This document shows, one piece after another, positions 11,286 to 25,942 of a DNA stretch of 64,000 nt (position 1 is the stretch's first letter; each line of letters begins with the position of its first letter). The DNA is from Monocercomonoides exilis PA203 (lineage: Eukaryota > Protista > Preaxostyla), in assembly GCA_001643675.2 (NCBI GenBank), contig LSRY02000017.1:248001-312000 (forward strand). The letters run 5' to 3'. The position numbers and the translations under genes are program-made. The notes under the pieces are model-generated. The model ran no database searches. It saw only the letters and a list, made by a program, of their open reading frames with translations, and was not told where the DNA came from.

Positions 11286-13395
11286 TTACACAAACTCTGT
11301 CTCCTTTTTTTGAAAGCAAAAAACTCTTCTGTTCCGTTTTTTCACGTCTGGAAGTGTTTCGTCGAATGTCCACAGAATTTTCCGCTGAAGAGGCGTCTTT
11401 CGCGAAGTCGCATCAATGCGCTTTTGTGCTATTTCTCGGAAAATCTTCCTTTTTTGCAGAATAAACTTTTCTTTTTCCTTTTGGTAGGCAAGCGAATTTG
11501 TGCAGAAATTATGAAATGAAACCATGATCGGGTCTTGCAGAAGCAAGAAGTGCTCATCAAGAGATATGACAGGATTGTCTTCTGATTGAAATGGTAACGA
11601 CAACAAAGTGTTTAGTGGGCTAAGTTCTGAGAGTGGAATTGTTGTTTTTTCAGAACGATGCAGTGACTGTTCAGAGGGATAAAGTCTCAATGACAAAGCA
11701 GATGGATGCGCTTGATGGAAAATTTGAAGAGGAGACATCTTTTGATTTCTTGTTGATAAGTGATCTATTGATGGCACAAGAGGTGTTTCTGAAAGTCTGC
11801 TGCTTTGATAGTTTGAATTTGAAAAAGAAGCTACCGTTTCACTTTGCTTCAATGTCTTCCTTTTCCTCTTTTCGTATTCCTTTTTCAGCTGGGCAACATA
11901 GCGGTCAAAATCACTTGTCGATTCCAACATTAATTTTTTCTTCATCGCCTTTTCTGCATCATATAAACGAACTCTCAAAGAATCAACAACTTCTTTTTTC
12001 TCTCCTCTTCTTTCTGCTTCTTCCACCTCATTTCTGAGTTCTTCTATTGTTCCCAGAAATAATCCACTTTCGCCCTCTTGTTCAATTAGCTGATTTCCTT
12101 CTTTCACACCCAGTTTCTTCTCTTCCTCGTCCCACATCTGTTTCTCTTCCTCGTCTTCAATCCAATCCTTCCTGACCCATTCGCCAAACACTTTCCAATG
12201 CCACTTCGCTTCCTTCAGCTCTTCGCGTATTCTTCTCTTTCTCTTCCGATTTTTCCACTCTTCGTTGCTGTGTCCTGCCAGAAGCATCTTCTCTTCTGCG
12301 TCTTTTTGCCTCCAATCGCTTATCATTCTTTCCTTATCTGCCTCAGCAACTGCAGAAACATTCTTTCCTTCAACACAGTAATTAATTGAGTAATCAAGCG
12401 TATGTATCTGCGAAGAGGCACCTAACAACCAGTTTTCTGCAGGATTTTCATCTAGTTGTTCATCATCAATATCTGAATTGAATTCTTTTGAGGAACTTAA
12501 ATTGGAAGAATTAGCTATCTCATGAAGGTTGTGTGAAGTTTCACCTTTTTTATTCATTTTTTGAGAATATTCTGAAAATAATTCAATGCAAAGTAACTGC
12601 GGAGGTGGTATAAAAGGAGCAGTGAATTCTTCTTCTTCTTCTTTTGTTAATATAGATGCTCGTTTTTTCCGTAAATGTGTATCTTGTAAATTTTGATTTT
12701 GCCTCTCTTCTTTGTTTTCCTTTGGTAAGGTTTGAGTTAACAATTCTACAGCTGTAGATATTGGTTGAAGTTGTTGCAAATGATTTTCTTGTGTGGTATC
12801 TTTTGAAAAATTATGATTTGCTAACTGAGAATGATCCGAATTAGCATGTTGTGTTATTGAATTCAAATGAGGATATTGCTCATCGCCTATCTTTTTTTCA
12901 AGTATTTTTGCTCCTTGTTTTCTGTGAAGAGTGGTTGTTGAAGAAAAATCAAAAGTACTTTTTGTTTTTTCGTCTGTATCATTTAAAAGAACTTTGAGTT
13001 CTTCTTGCAATTGCATTATATCGTTATGATTGTGTTGAAATAAAAAAGCGTTCGTAGATTTATTCGATTCCTCCGTTTTTGAATTTTCCAAACCCGATTC
13101 AAAGCCATCGTAACTTTGTGAACTCAAAAATGAAGATTTTGGGAAATTTGAATATTTCTGAAGATACTTTTGGGGCGGATAGAAAGACGATTCATACGCT
13201 AATGATGATAAACATTCTTTTTTATTCTTTTTGAAAAATGTAATTGAAAATGTTAGTTTTATAACAAAACGGAAAATATTCATAAATAACAATAGATAAT
13301 GTTCAATAATTTAACAAAAAATAATTACAACAATCATTTATAACAATTCAAACATGATAAAGCTGTGACTCAGGAGGTTGCAACAAAATATTCAT
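11286..13395 (-). CDS. Hypothetical protein, ~660 aa, charged/coiled-coil middle region
   Basis: 2-kb open frame. A probable short first exon MNILLQPPESQLYH starts at 13395 with a GTTTG donor. No recognisable family motif. Confidence 0.7.
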
Positions 13396-13494
13396 CCAAT
13401 TTTTTCACTTCATAAATATAAATCATTTATGGGTAATGCTCTGTACCCAAGAATTTGTTGATATAACTTTCAAGTACAAATGGCTTGAAGCAGT

Positions 13495-15674
13495 TCATTG
13501 GTATATTCGCTTTTTTATGATCTCCTTATCCGCGGAGCGAATCGTGAAAGGAGATGCTTTTTTGAAAAAGAGACAGACTTTTTCATTTCCTTTTATTTCT
13601 CCAACACCATCAACTACTCGAACAACAAGTTTTCCCGATTTGCCAAATGGTCCTTCAATGATTCCATTAAGAGGCGTTAAACCTTCTCTCTGAATGACAA
13701 CTTTGAATGTGTTGAAGATATTAAGATCTGAAGTTTTTAATAACATATTTTTAACAATAACTGTATTTTGAGAAGAATCTTGAATTCTCTCAACTTGCCC
13801 TTCACGTTCCTTTTGCCTATACAAAAGAAGCGTCTGCTTGGAAGATGCACTTGGCTGCACAACATTCCATCTCCAGGAATTGTCTTGAAGTGATACAGAA
13901 GATGCAGTTGAAGAAGAAGAAGGAGTGGAAGAAGAAGAAGAAGACGAAGAAGCAGATGAAGTGGCAGACCCCTCGCCCCCCAGAATATTCCCTGTTTCTG
14001 GATCAAACGGAGAAATAACACGCCCAAAGAACGCTAATCGGCAGGCAGATTTCGAAGCAGGCGCCTTTCTTTCAGATGATGTGCTGTCCTGCTTTGAGGA
14101 AGGAGTAGCTGAAGAAGAAGAAGAAGACGATGATGAGGAGGAGGAGGAAGAAGAGGAAGAAGAAGCCACAGCGCCAACATCGAGATCCAAGTGAGATGCG
14201 ATGCAGATGGCACCGGGGTAGATCACAGCAGGGCTGTTCAGAGAGACAGCAGCAAGAATCACACCATTTTCAGCATAAGTCTGCTCTTCCTTTGCAGAAT
14301 GGCCTAATTCATCAGTCAGTTCAGGAACAAACTTGCACGGCTGGCTGAAGGAATACAGTGGAGTGTCAGAAGAGTCAAGAGCATTGGAGTCTGCTGAACT
14401 GGATGGAGTAGCAGAGGAAAATGCAGTCTGAGAGGAGAAGCTGGCGAGTTGAGTTGTTGAGAAGAATGTGACTGTCCCAGTGGTTGTGCAGTGGCCAATT
14501 GTGAAGTGCCAGACCGTCTTTGACTTGATGGTCTGCTTGAAATAAGGTACTTTTAAACAGAAAAAAACAAAACAAAACAAAAAAAAACACAAAGATATTT
14601 ATAAAATAATATGGATGGAATCAAAATCAAACTTCTGTTAACTGAAATAATAATTCCATTTGCATTTTTGACCATTGTTTCTCCTTCTGCGCATGCGATT
14701 CCCCTTTCGAGTTCAGCGGCATTCACACCCATGACTCTTATTCCTGCTCTGTCTCCTGCCTCAATAGACGGAACATTTTTGTGGAATATTTGAATTGATT
14801 TGACCTTTCCGATTTGTTGTGATGAAGGAAAGTATAATGAAGAGTTTGTCTAATTCAAAAGCATTTAAAAAACAAAAAACAAAAAACAAAAAAATGTTAT
14901 AAGAAATTTACTTTAGCAATTTCTAAATTAAATTCAAACATTTGCCTTTCCCGAAAGAACAGTCCCTGTTATCACTGTTCCTTGTCCTTTTAAGGCAAAG
15001 CAGTGATCAAACATGAAAAGAAAAGGCCTCGATATCAAACGTGGCACGACAAATGTTTCTCTGGCAATCGCATGCTTCAAATTACTGATTCCATATTTTG
15101 GAGTTAAAGGTGATTCATTTGGAATTATTGCAGATACCGGGACAATTGGAGCATTTCGAAATTTGGTAGAAGAAAGAACTCGTTGGCACAGCTTTGTCAT
15201 TTTTTCAATAGATTTTTCTCTCATTTCATCTGGGAAAAGATCACATTTGTTGAGCGCAACAATAAGTTTTGCTGATGTTATTTCAGCAACAACGACACAT
15301 TCAGCAGTCTGAGCTTGAAAGCCTTTTTGTGCATCAACAACAAGCACGACAAGATCCATTATAGCTGCCCCACCTAAAACTGTTCGAATTAACGATGCAT
15401 GGCCCGGACAATCGACAATCGTATAGTTGATTTGATTTATATTTTTTTCGCGAAGAGAAAGTGGAACGTCATCATTACAAACCGAGAATGAAGAAAATCC
15501 AATATCTAACGTAATTCCTCGTTCCATCGACTGAGGGCTCTTGTCAAGAGCTGCTGTTGATAAAACTTGTGAAAGAGCTCGAGCTAAAGCAGTTTTACCA
15601 GAATCCACATGGCCCATGAGGGCAATAGAAATTGATAAATTTTTTTGAGCAACAGCAGCAGCTTCAATACTCAT
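13495..15674 (-). CDS. EEFSEC: Selenocysteine-specific elongation factor eEFSec/SelB (3 exons)
   Basis: GHVDSGKT, AALDKSPQSMERGITLDIGFSSF, VDCPGHASLIRT, NKCD, FDHCFALKGQGTVITGTVLSG, spliced KVKSIQIFH..GDRAGI and RIPYFK..HFTIGH, CRLAFFG, C-terminal GIIEGPFGKSGK (eukaryotic domain 4). Confidence 0.95.
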
Positions 15675-15717
15675 ATGTTAGCGTATTAATCGAGCAAAAC
15701 ACTTTTTTGAAAAATAA

Positions 15718-17904
<2,187 letters not shown>

Positions 17905-18108
17905 ATAAAAAATAAAAGTCAAAAATCAAAATAGTTAATTTTAAAAATATTATTTTTTTCTGTTTTATTAATTATTCATTTCACAAATTGTATATAAATT
18001 AACACTTCCAATAATTGATAATAATAAACTCAGAATAATAATGATCAAAATAAAAAATTAAGGTAATCATTTGAACTTTTTAATCAATTTTTAAGTCTAA
18101 GTTGAATA

Positions 18109-21100
18109 ATGTCACGTAGAGGGCAACGACTTCCAGAGCCCATTGAAGAGTTTGATTTTCTTTTGAAGCTTTAAAAATTTGTAATTGCTATGCGTACAAA
18201 AAAATTGTGCTTAATTTTTTATGAATTATTAGAGAAGAAATTGTCGGACTTCCAGAAAGTGAACCATCCGAAGATGAGGAAGGAGAGGATATATTTACAG
18301 AGGATATGGATAAGTTTGTTCATATAGCTTTAACTAATTGATATCAAACATTTCAAATTGCTCACTGCTTTTTTAGCGATTATGAATCAAAACCACGTCT
18401 CGATACATATGACGAAAACGAATTCGATGATGAAGAATATCAAGAAATGACAGTTCGAACATTTATTTTTTGTAATCTTTTCTTCAACTTTTTAATTACC
18501 GAAAGATTGAACAAAGACGAGCTGCTGAATTGGAAATGCAACATAATGACAGAATGAGGGCAAGACAGCAAGGTCAGCACGGGTTATTACCTAGAGGAAG
18601 AAGATATGGTCAAACAGGATTTTCTGGTCAAAGATTACCAGCAGCATTTCTTTCTGATCAAGATAGCGAGCCAATAGGATTGGATGTTCCTGGAATTCTT
18701 AGTACCCACAGTTTAACAGGAGAAGCTGATGGCGAATCACTTTCGAAAGCGTTAAATATTCCATCGTCCGCAATTCCAACTGGAGAAATGGAATCATTGG
18801 AAGGAGAAGCTGTGGAAGAAGGGAGACTAGGCCGTGTTGAAGAAATCGAAGAAAGATTTGATTTAGAAAGCATACAAAATCCTGCTGAAGCACTTTCACA
18901 ACCAGCACCTCGAAGAGAAATGGGAATGCGTTTTCGAGATTTTCTCAACAGCTTTGTTCCAGCTGATATCAAAGAAGAGAACCCAGACGCAGAAGGCATT
19001 TACTGCAAAGTGATTGCTGAATGCAGACGTGACAACAAAAAGAGCTTTGAAGTTGATTTCCAACATCTGAGCGATTACAGCAGGATTCTTGGAGCGTTTC
19101 TTATGTTCTATCCGAGACAAGTTTTAGAGATCTTTGATGAGGTGGCGATGCAGATGATAGCTCAAGACGATTTTTATCGTCGTGTTACAAATGTTGTTAA
19201 TGTGCGTATCACAAATCTTGTACCAGAAACCCCTCTGACAAAATTGAGGTTTGTTATTTTATACTCTAATTTAAAAGAAATTATTCATATTTTCTTTAAT
19301 GACCTGCGTCATTGCATTCTCAAACCCTTCTTTTTTATACAATTCATTATTAATGTTAAATGCAGGCAACAACATTTGAACACTCTTATCTCAACAACTG
19401 GAGTGGTGACACGCCGTTCTGCTGTTTTCAGTCAGATGACAAATGCACGCTTCACATGTGAGACATGTGGAGCTGTGCTTGGTCCATTCGCACAAATTGA
19501 GAAAAAGCCCATCAAAATAAAAACATGTCCAAGTTGCAATGGAAAAGGTCCATTCCGCTTGAATACAGAACAAACAGTGTTCAGAAACTATCAGCGCGTA
19601 ACGCTGCAGGAGTCTCCAAATGCTCTTGAGCCTGGACGCCTTCCGAGACACAAGGAGCTCATTCTGGTGAATGATCTGATCGACTGCTGCAAACCTGGCG
19701 AAGAAATTAAAGTGACTGGAATCTACATGAACCAGTACGATGTTGTGCTGAACAAGCAATACGGCTTTCCTGTCTTTACAACACAGATCGAAGCTAATCA
19801 CATTACTGTTGGAACAAGCAGCAGATCAGGAACCGGAGACGATGTCGAGTTCACTGAAGAGGAAAAGAGAGAAATTGAAGATCTTGCGCGAGATCCGAAC
19901 ATTGCTGAACGAGTGTTCCATTCATTTGCGCCTGCTATTTATGGGCATGAAGATTTGAAACGCGCTGTGTGTTTGGCAATGCTTGGAGGAGTTCGTAAAG
20001 AGATACCAGGGCATATTGTTCGAGGTGATATAAATGTGTTGATTGTTGGTGATCCAGCAACAGCAAAATCGCAGATTCTGAAATATGTTGAGAAAACAGG
20101 ATATCGTGTTGTGAGGACTCAGGGAAGAGGAGCATCTGCAGTTGGTTTGACAGCAGCCGTGCGAAAGGATCCATCGACTGGAGAATGGACACTTGAAGGA
20201 GGAGCAATGGTGATCGCAAATAACGGAATATGCATCATTGATGAGTTCGACAAGATGAACGACAAAGATCGAACATCAATTCACGAAGCAATGGAGCAGC
20301 AGACAATTTCTATTGCAAAAGCTGGCATTGTTGCTGTTCTGCAGGCAAGATGCGCTGTGATTGCTGCAGCGAATCCAATACACAGCAGATATGATACATC
20401 TCAAACTTTCCTTGCAAATGTCGACTTGTCTGAACCAATTCTCTCTCGTTTTGATCTTCTTTGTGTTGTAAAGGACAACGTTGACGAGGATCAGGATCGA
20501 CGCATGGCACGCTTCATTGTGAAGTCCCATATCATGTCACATCCAAACTTCACAGAAGAAGATGCTTCAATTATTCCTCATGTCGACGAAAATGACCCAT
20601 CTGCATTGCTTTCATCTTCATCCACTTCATCCAGCTCTTCCTCATCATCGACTTTTGCTCCACTGGCACCAGATGTGCTCCGTAGGTACATCCAATATGC
20701 AAGAATGCAGAGAGTCGAAAATAGCGATGCAGATCGCGAAAAAATTAAAGAATTGTATGCCCAACTGCGTATTGCAGCTGAAGGTTGTGGAGGAACCCCG
20801 ATGACTGCAAGAAATGTGGATGCCATTGAACGAATTTCTGAGGCTTATGCAAAACTCCGTCTGCATCATATTGTTACTGAAAATGATGTGCAGCTGGCAA
20901 TTCAGACATTTTTAGACTCTTTCATATCATCACAGCGTCATCAAGCAAAAACTGCACTTAGAAAGCAATTTGCGCACTATCTCACGTTTTCAAAGGACAG
21001 ATTCGTTCTTCTTCGCGACTTGCTTCGGAGAATGGAACAAGAAGCTGAGCAATACGAACTCTTCCAAGCTCATCAGAAGGCAAGTATTCTTGGAATTGAC

Positions 21101-21307
21101 TTCAACCCAGAGCTTCCTGCAACTGTGCAAATTGGCATTGATCAGTTTGAAGATCGTGCAAGGGCAGAGATGATTGAGAAAGCTGATGTGGATGCATTTT
21201 TGAAGAGCGAATTATTCAGAAGAACCGGATTTTCAAAACAAATACAAAAAGGATCTACTGGATTATTAGTGAAAAAGACAGGAGTTAACAAGTCAATAGT
21301 TCTTTGA
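18109..21307 (+). CDS. MCM2: DNA replication licensing factor MCM2 (multi-exon)
   Basis: Short 5' exons give the MCM2 histone-binding motif DY..PRLDTYD..DDEEY..RRAAELEM. C4 zinc finger CETC..CPSC, Walker A GDPATAKSQ, IDEFDKM, arginine finger SRFD. Confidence 0.95.
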
Positions 21308-21452
21308 TCTTCATTTCACTGTTCATTTTAAAAGTTAATTTTTATATTTTAGTTTTAATTTTTAAAAAAGAAAATTAAAGAAATAATTAATTGAAAAAAG
21401 AACTTTTTGATAAATATTGTTATTTATATGATCAAATTTTAAACCAGTGTTG

Positions 21453-23904
21453 ATGGATGATGAAGAGCTTACCGATATTCATTTATTTTGTCTTTACTGT
21501 ACAATAAAAAGCCTACAGGATTTTAAATTTCCTTTGAAAAAGATGTTCGTTGTGGCAGAATTTCCAACATTTTCTAATGACCAGTCAGCCACTGAGCCAA
21601 CGAGGCTTAACTTTAGATTTAAATCTGTAGAACTTTTTGAAAAACAACAACAAGTCGTTTTAAATCAAGAGTCACAACCTGTAAAGTATCGTATGTCAAC
21701 TTTACAGCTTAGAGAATTGTTTGCCTCAAAAGAATTTGTCTCTGAGGTATTCACTTTTGTAATTTCAATCATTTAAGTATCTTTTTTGTCTTAAAAGTTG
21801 TGGCACATAGACTCTGAAGAATCTGAAGGAGCACCCTGTTTAATAGCAGTTTCTCCATTTCGCTTGATTTCACTTCTTGATTCAGGTTTTGAATTTTATT
21901 TTTGAAACAAATATTTCTAATAACGAATTAAATTTTTAGCTCCTATACGATTCGACATTGTTACAAGGTGCCTCGAAACAACATGCAAACTTTGTGCTTA
22001 TAATGAAGAAAAGACAAAATTTCAGCCTGTATGAATATTTTTAACAAATTTCTTCATTTTGTAAACGATTTTTTTATTACAGGTTTGCACTATAACTGTT
22101 TTATTTACACTTGAAGATCGAGGACCAACCGATCCATCAGCAACGTCTCCTGATAGTGTGCTTACAAAAGAATTTTTTTCAGCATACAATAATCATTAAA
22201 GTGGCTTTTTTCCCTTCACCTTATTCAATTCCACCACAGAGCGCAAATGAGACTTCCGACTCATCATCTGTATTTTCTTCGCCATTTGATAATGCTAATC
22301 AGGGATCGGCATCTCAGTCTTCATCAAGCTCTTCACAAATATCACCATCTCCACAACTTGATGAAAAAGAGACACTTCGGCTTTGGGTTTGAAAATTGAA
22401 GCAGTTATTGAAAAAATTTTTATTTTATAACTGAAAAATATTTTATTGAACATATCAAACATTTTAGGAAGAACTTGAAGTGTTTCGAAGAACAGAAGAA
22501 AACACATTCATAATGAAAAAAAGAAAACAAGCAACAGAATTTTTGGAAGAGTTTACAAAATCTGCACAAAAAAAGGTTGACAAGATTTTCTCATTTTTAT
22601 TTATTTATTTATTTATTTTTTTGAATCATAATTATAATTTTGGAATGTTCTTCATAATCATTTTTTTGATATTAGATTGAGAAGGAAAGAGAATTATTAG
22701 ATCAAAAAATAGAAGCAAAAAAATCTCAAAAGGTTGAGCTTACACAAACAATTGAAGCAGATCAAAATAAAATTGCAGAAGTTTGTCTTGCCACTTTTCA
22801 TGATTCAAACAATTGAAACTTTATTATTCAAAATCTTATTATTGAACATTAATTTTTCCTTTTTTGAAATATAGTTAAAAGAAAGAGTGAGTAGGGCAGA
22901 ATTGTTGTTGGAAGCTGCTCAGACAGAAAGAAAACAACAAGAGACTCTTTTTACCAAAAAAGAAAAGCAAATCAATGATGATTTAGATGAAGAAGTTTGC
23001 CATGCTTGCATTTCTCATTACAGTTTTTTGATGTAAATTTTTCATAATTTCCTGTCATTGCAAAATATAACACTTTAAACTCATTTCCCCAAATTCAGCT
23101 TCGATCACTCGAACACCAGAGAAAAATTCTTTCTGATCAATTTGAAATGAACAAGAAAAGATTAGCCTCAGAAATGGAAAGAATACCAGACATTCATCAA
23201 GTTTGATGATTTTCATAAATTATATGAAGTTAACTTAATTATCATTTGAATTTTGCCTATTTTATCACCACAACAAAACACTATTATTATTTGTACTTTG
23301 AACCTAAATCATTTTTCCCCACTTTTTTTTTTCATATTTAAGTTGGAAGGAGAAGTTTTAATGGAAAAGCAGAAAATTGTGCGAATGGAAAAAGAGTATC
23401 AATCTGTGCAAGAAGACATCAAACGGATACACGAGGAAATTGCGCAAGCTTCAAGAACACTTGAAATGAAGCAGCTTCAATCAGCCGTTTGCTTTTTAAA
23501 TGCATTTCTTCATTTTAAATACATCTTTTCTTTTGAATAATCTTTTCTATTTGACGAATGATAATTCTTGTTGATGCTAATAACAAAACTATTCAATACC
23601 AGACTGACTTGGCTGTCAAGATACGATCACTTCAGCTGAAAGAGAATGAGATGAAGGATTCATTTCAACAACCTTCAGTCAACAGCTCAGATAATGCAAA
23701 AAAACTAAAAGAGGTTTGTTTTATTTGTTGAACAACTTGCATTTTTCAATGCCCAACTAAATTCATATTTTATAACAAAAAATCATTCAATTTGATTTTG
23801 TTTGTATTCTATTGTTTTGCTTTAATAAGGAAATTGCGCAATTTGCATCTCAATTAGATGACTTCTTAGAAGATGACGAAGACGATAAAGGAAATCCAAA
23901 ATAG
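21453..23904 (+). CDS. C2-domain plus coiled-coil protein, CEP120-like (multi-exon)
   Basis: Spliced HLFCLYCTIKSL..QLRELF..SELWHID..ITVLFTLEDRG resembles the third C2 domain of CEP120 (HFCFSIDLRSI..VELWHKD..YTVTLEDYG, recalled). It is followed by EELEVFR and a long coiled coil. Confidence 0.6.
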
Positions 23905-24710
23905 ACGAAAAAATTACAAAAACCTTTTTTCATTTTTTAAGTTTTGTTTCTATGAATAAAAAATAGCAAATGTTACACGTATATATTTTGATAAGTGTTG
24001 TTGAGTGATTTTCATTTGAATGAAGTGGGTTTGTGCAAATTTAACAACAAATAAAATAAAAAATAAAAATAAAAAAATAAATAAACCTAACTCCAAATTC
24101 AAAAAGAAACAACCAAATAAAAACATATTGAATAAGAGAAAAGCGAAGAAATGACAAGCTGTTGAATCCTGTCAGAAGTTGCAGGCAGAGTGCTAAGTTT
24201 GCGTGACATGCTTTCAAGTGCAGCTGCAAATCGCATAGGCACACTCAAACAACAGACATTAAATGGAGAAGAGAGAAAGAGAAAAAGAAAAAATTAAGGC
24301 AAAGAGGTTAAAGTAGTAGAAAAAGAATAAAGGAGAGAAGGAGAAGAAATACATTGTATCATAAATAACTTCTTTTTTGAGAATTGAAGAACAAGAAAGA
24401 AAAAAACAAAGAAAGATCAATAACACAGCAACAATTTTTATTATCTCAAAAACACAAAAACAAAAAAATGAGATAAAATAGAGTAAACATGACAGCTTCA
24501 TATCAACAATAAACAGCTTACTTCAAATAAAATCAAATCAAATCAAATAAAATATAAAATAAAAATGAAAAAACAAAATTACAATAAAACGTCCACTCAT
24601 GTTCAATTGAAATCCGTGAGCAGACAGTTAAAAGCAAGCATCAGTGCATCAACGCAGCTAGCATATTACTTGTTGGAGGGCGTGACGTGTGCAGAAGCAG
24701 TTAATCGCCT

Positions 24711-25894
24711 CTAATCGAAGTCCGACTCATCTTCGTTGCCGTTCCCTTCGCCACCTTCACCGTCTGATTCACTCTTATCGTCATTATCTGCGTCTGCTTT
24801 GTTGGAAGAGGAGAGGAGAGACGAAGAAGACGAAGAAGGTGAAGATGTTGACTGAGAGAGAGAAGAAGAAGAAGAAGAGGTGGAAGAAGACGAAGAATCC
24901 AACTTTGTGAGATCTCCATCAAGCGCCAGGGGCTGAGAAGGAGGAGGAACAGGAGCCACTTTCTTTTCAGAAGGTGTTGTTGAAGGAGAGATAGAACACG
25001 TTGAAGGCGAACCGCCTGGAGATACAGATGTCAAAGAGTTTGCAGATGTGGTTGAAGAATAAGAACCAGAAGAAGAAGAAGAAGAAGAAGAAGCAGAATT
25101 AGCCAGAGCTCCGTCCGCTTCCAGCAGCGGGGCAGGAATAAGCTCGTCATTCATACACTTCGCAATGGCGTCGTGGATGAAGAAGGCAGTCTTCTGCTGT
25201 GTCTCGATGGTGTCTGCTGCTGTGAACGAGAAGCCAGCGAACTCTCCCGTCGATGCTGCGTCGTCATCGTCTCTCTTTTCGTTATTCTCATCATCTTCTC
25301 CACACTCGCCACTGTCCCCGTGGTCTTCCCTAATCTCAATCTCCTCATCGTCCTCTTCATTTCTCTCTCCCTCTTCCTTTGCATCTCCACTCTTCTCGTT
25401 TGCGCTTCTGCTATTTTCTTCCTTTTCAGCCTTGTTTTCTCGCTCATTTGCAGGCTCTTCGTCTTCGACGCCGAACTCTCCTTGCTCGTCTCCGTCGTCA
25501 GGGTCCAAAGGAGCCATCGATGTGAACTCGGGATCGATGTTTGCCAGATCATCAGGCGCAGCCTAACAATGTAGAAGGAAGTTCAATTGAAAAATTGAGG
25601 GGAAAAAAAAATATCATGAAGATTTAATGAATAGCCATCAAATGAAAAATAAATGTGTTATAAAGATAGAAAGAAAGAAAAAGAAGAAATAAAGTAATAA
25701 AATTTATAATTAATAGAAAGCTCAACTGACAGCCAAACCACTTCTGGGATGAATGTGGGGGTGTATTTCTTGTTGTACACATCGTCCCAGTTGAGCGACG
25801 CGAAGAAGGGATGCTCTTTGATGTCAGCAGCACCTCTTGCTTGGCATCCTATTCGATTTCTTGGTTCTCGATGAAGAAGCTTAGTGAAATATTT

Positions 25895-25942
<48 letters not shown>

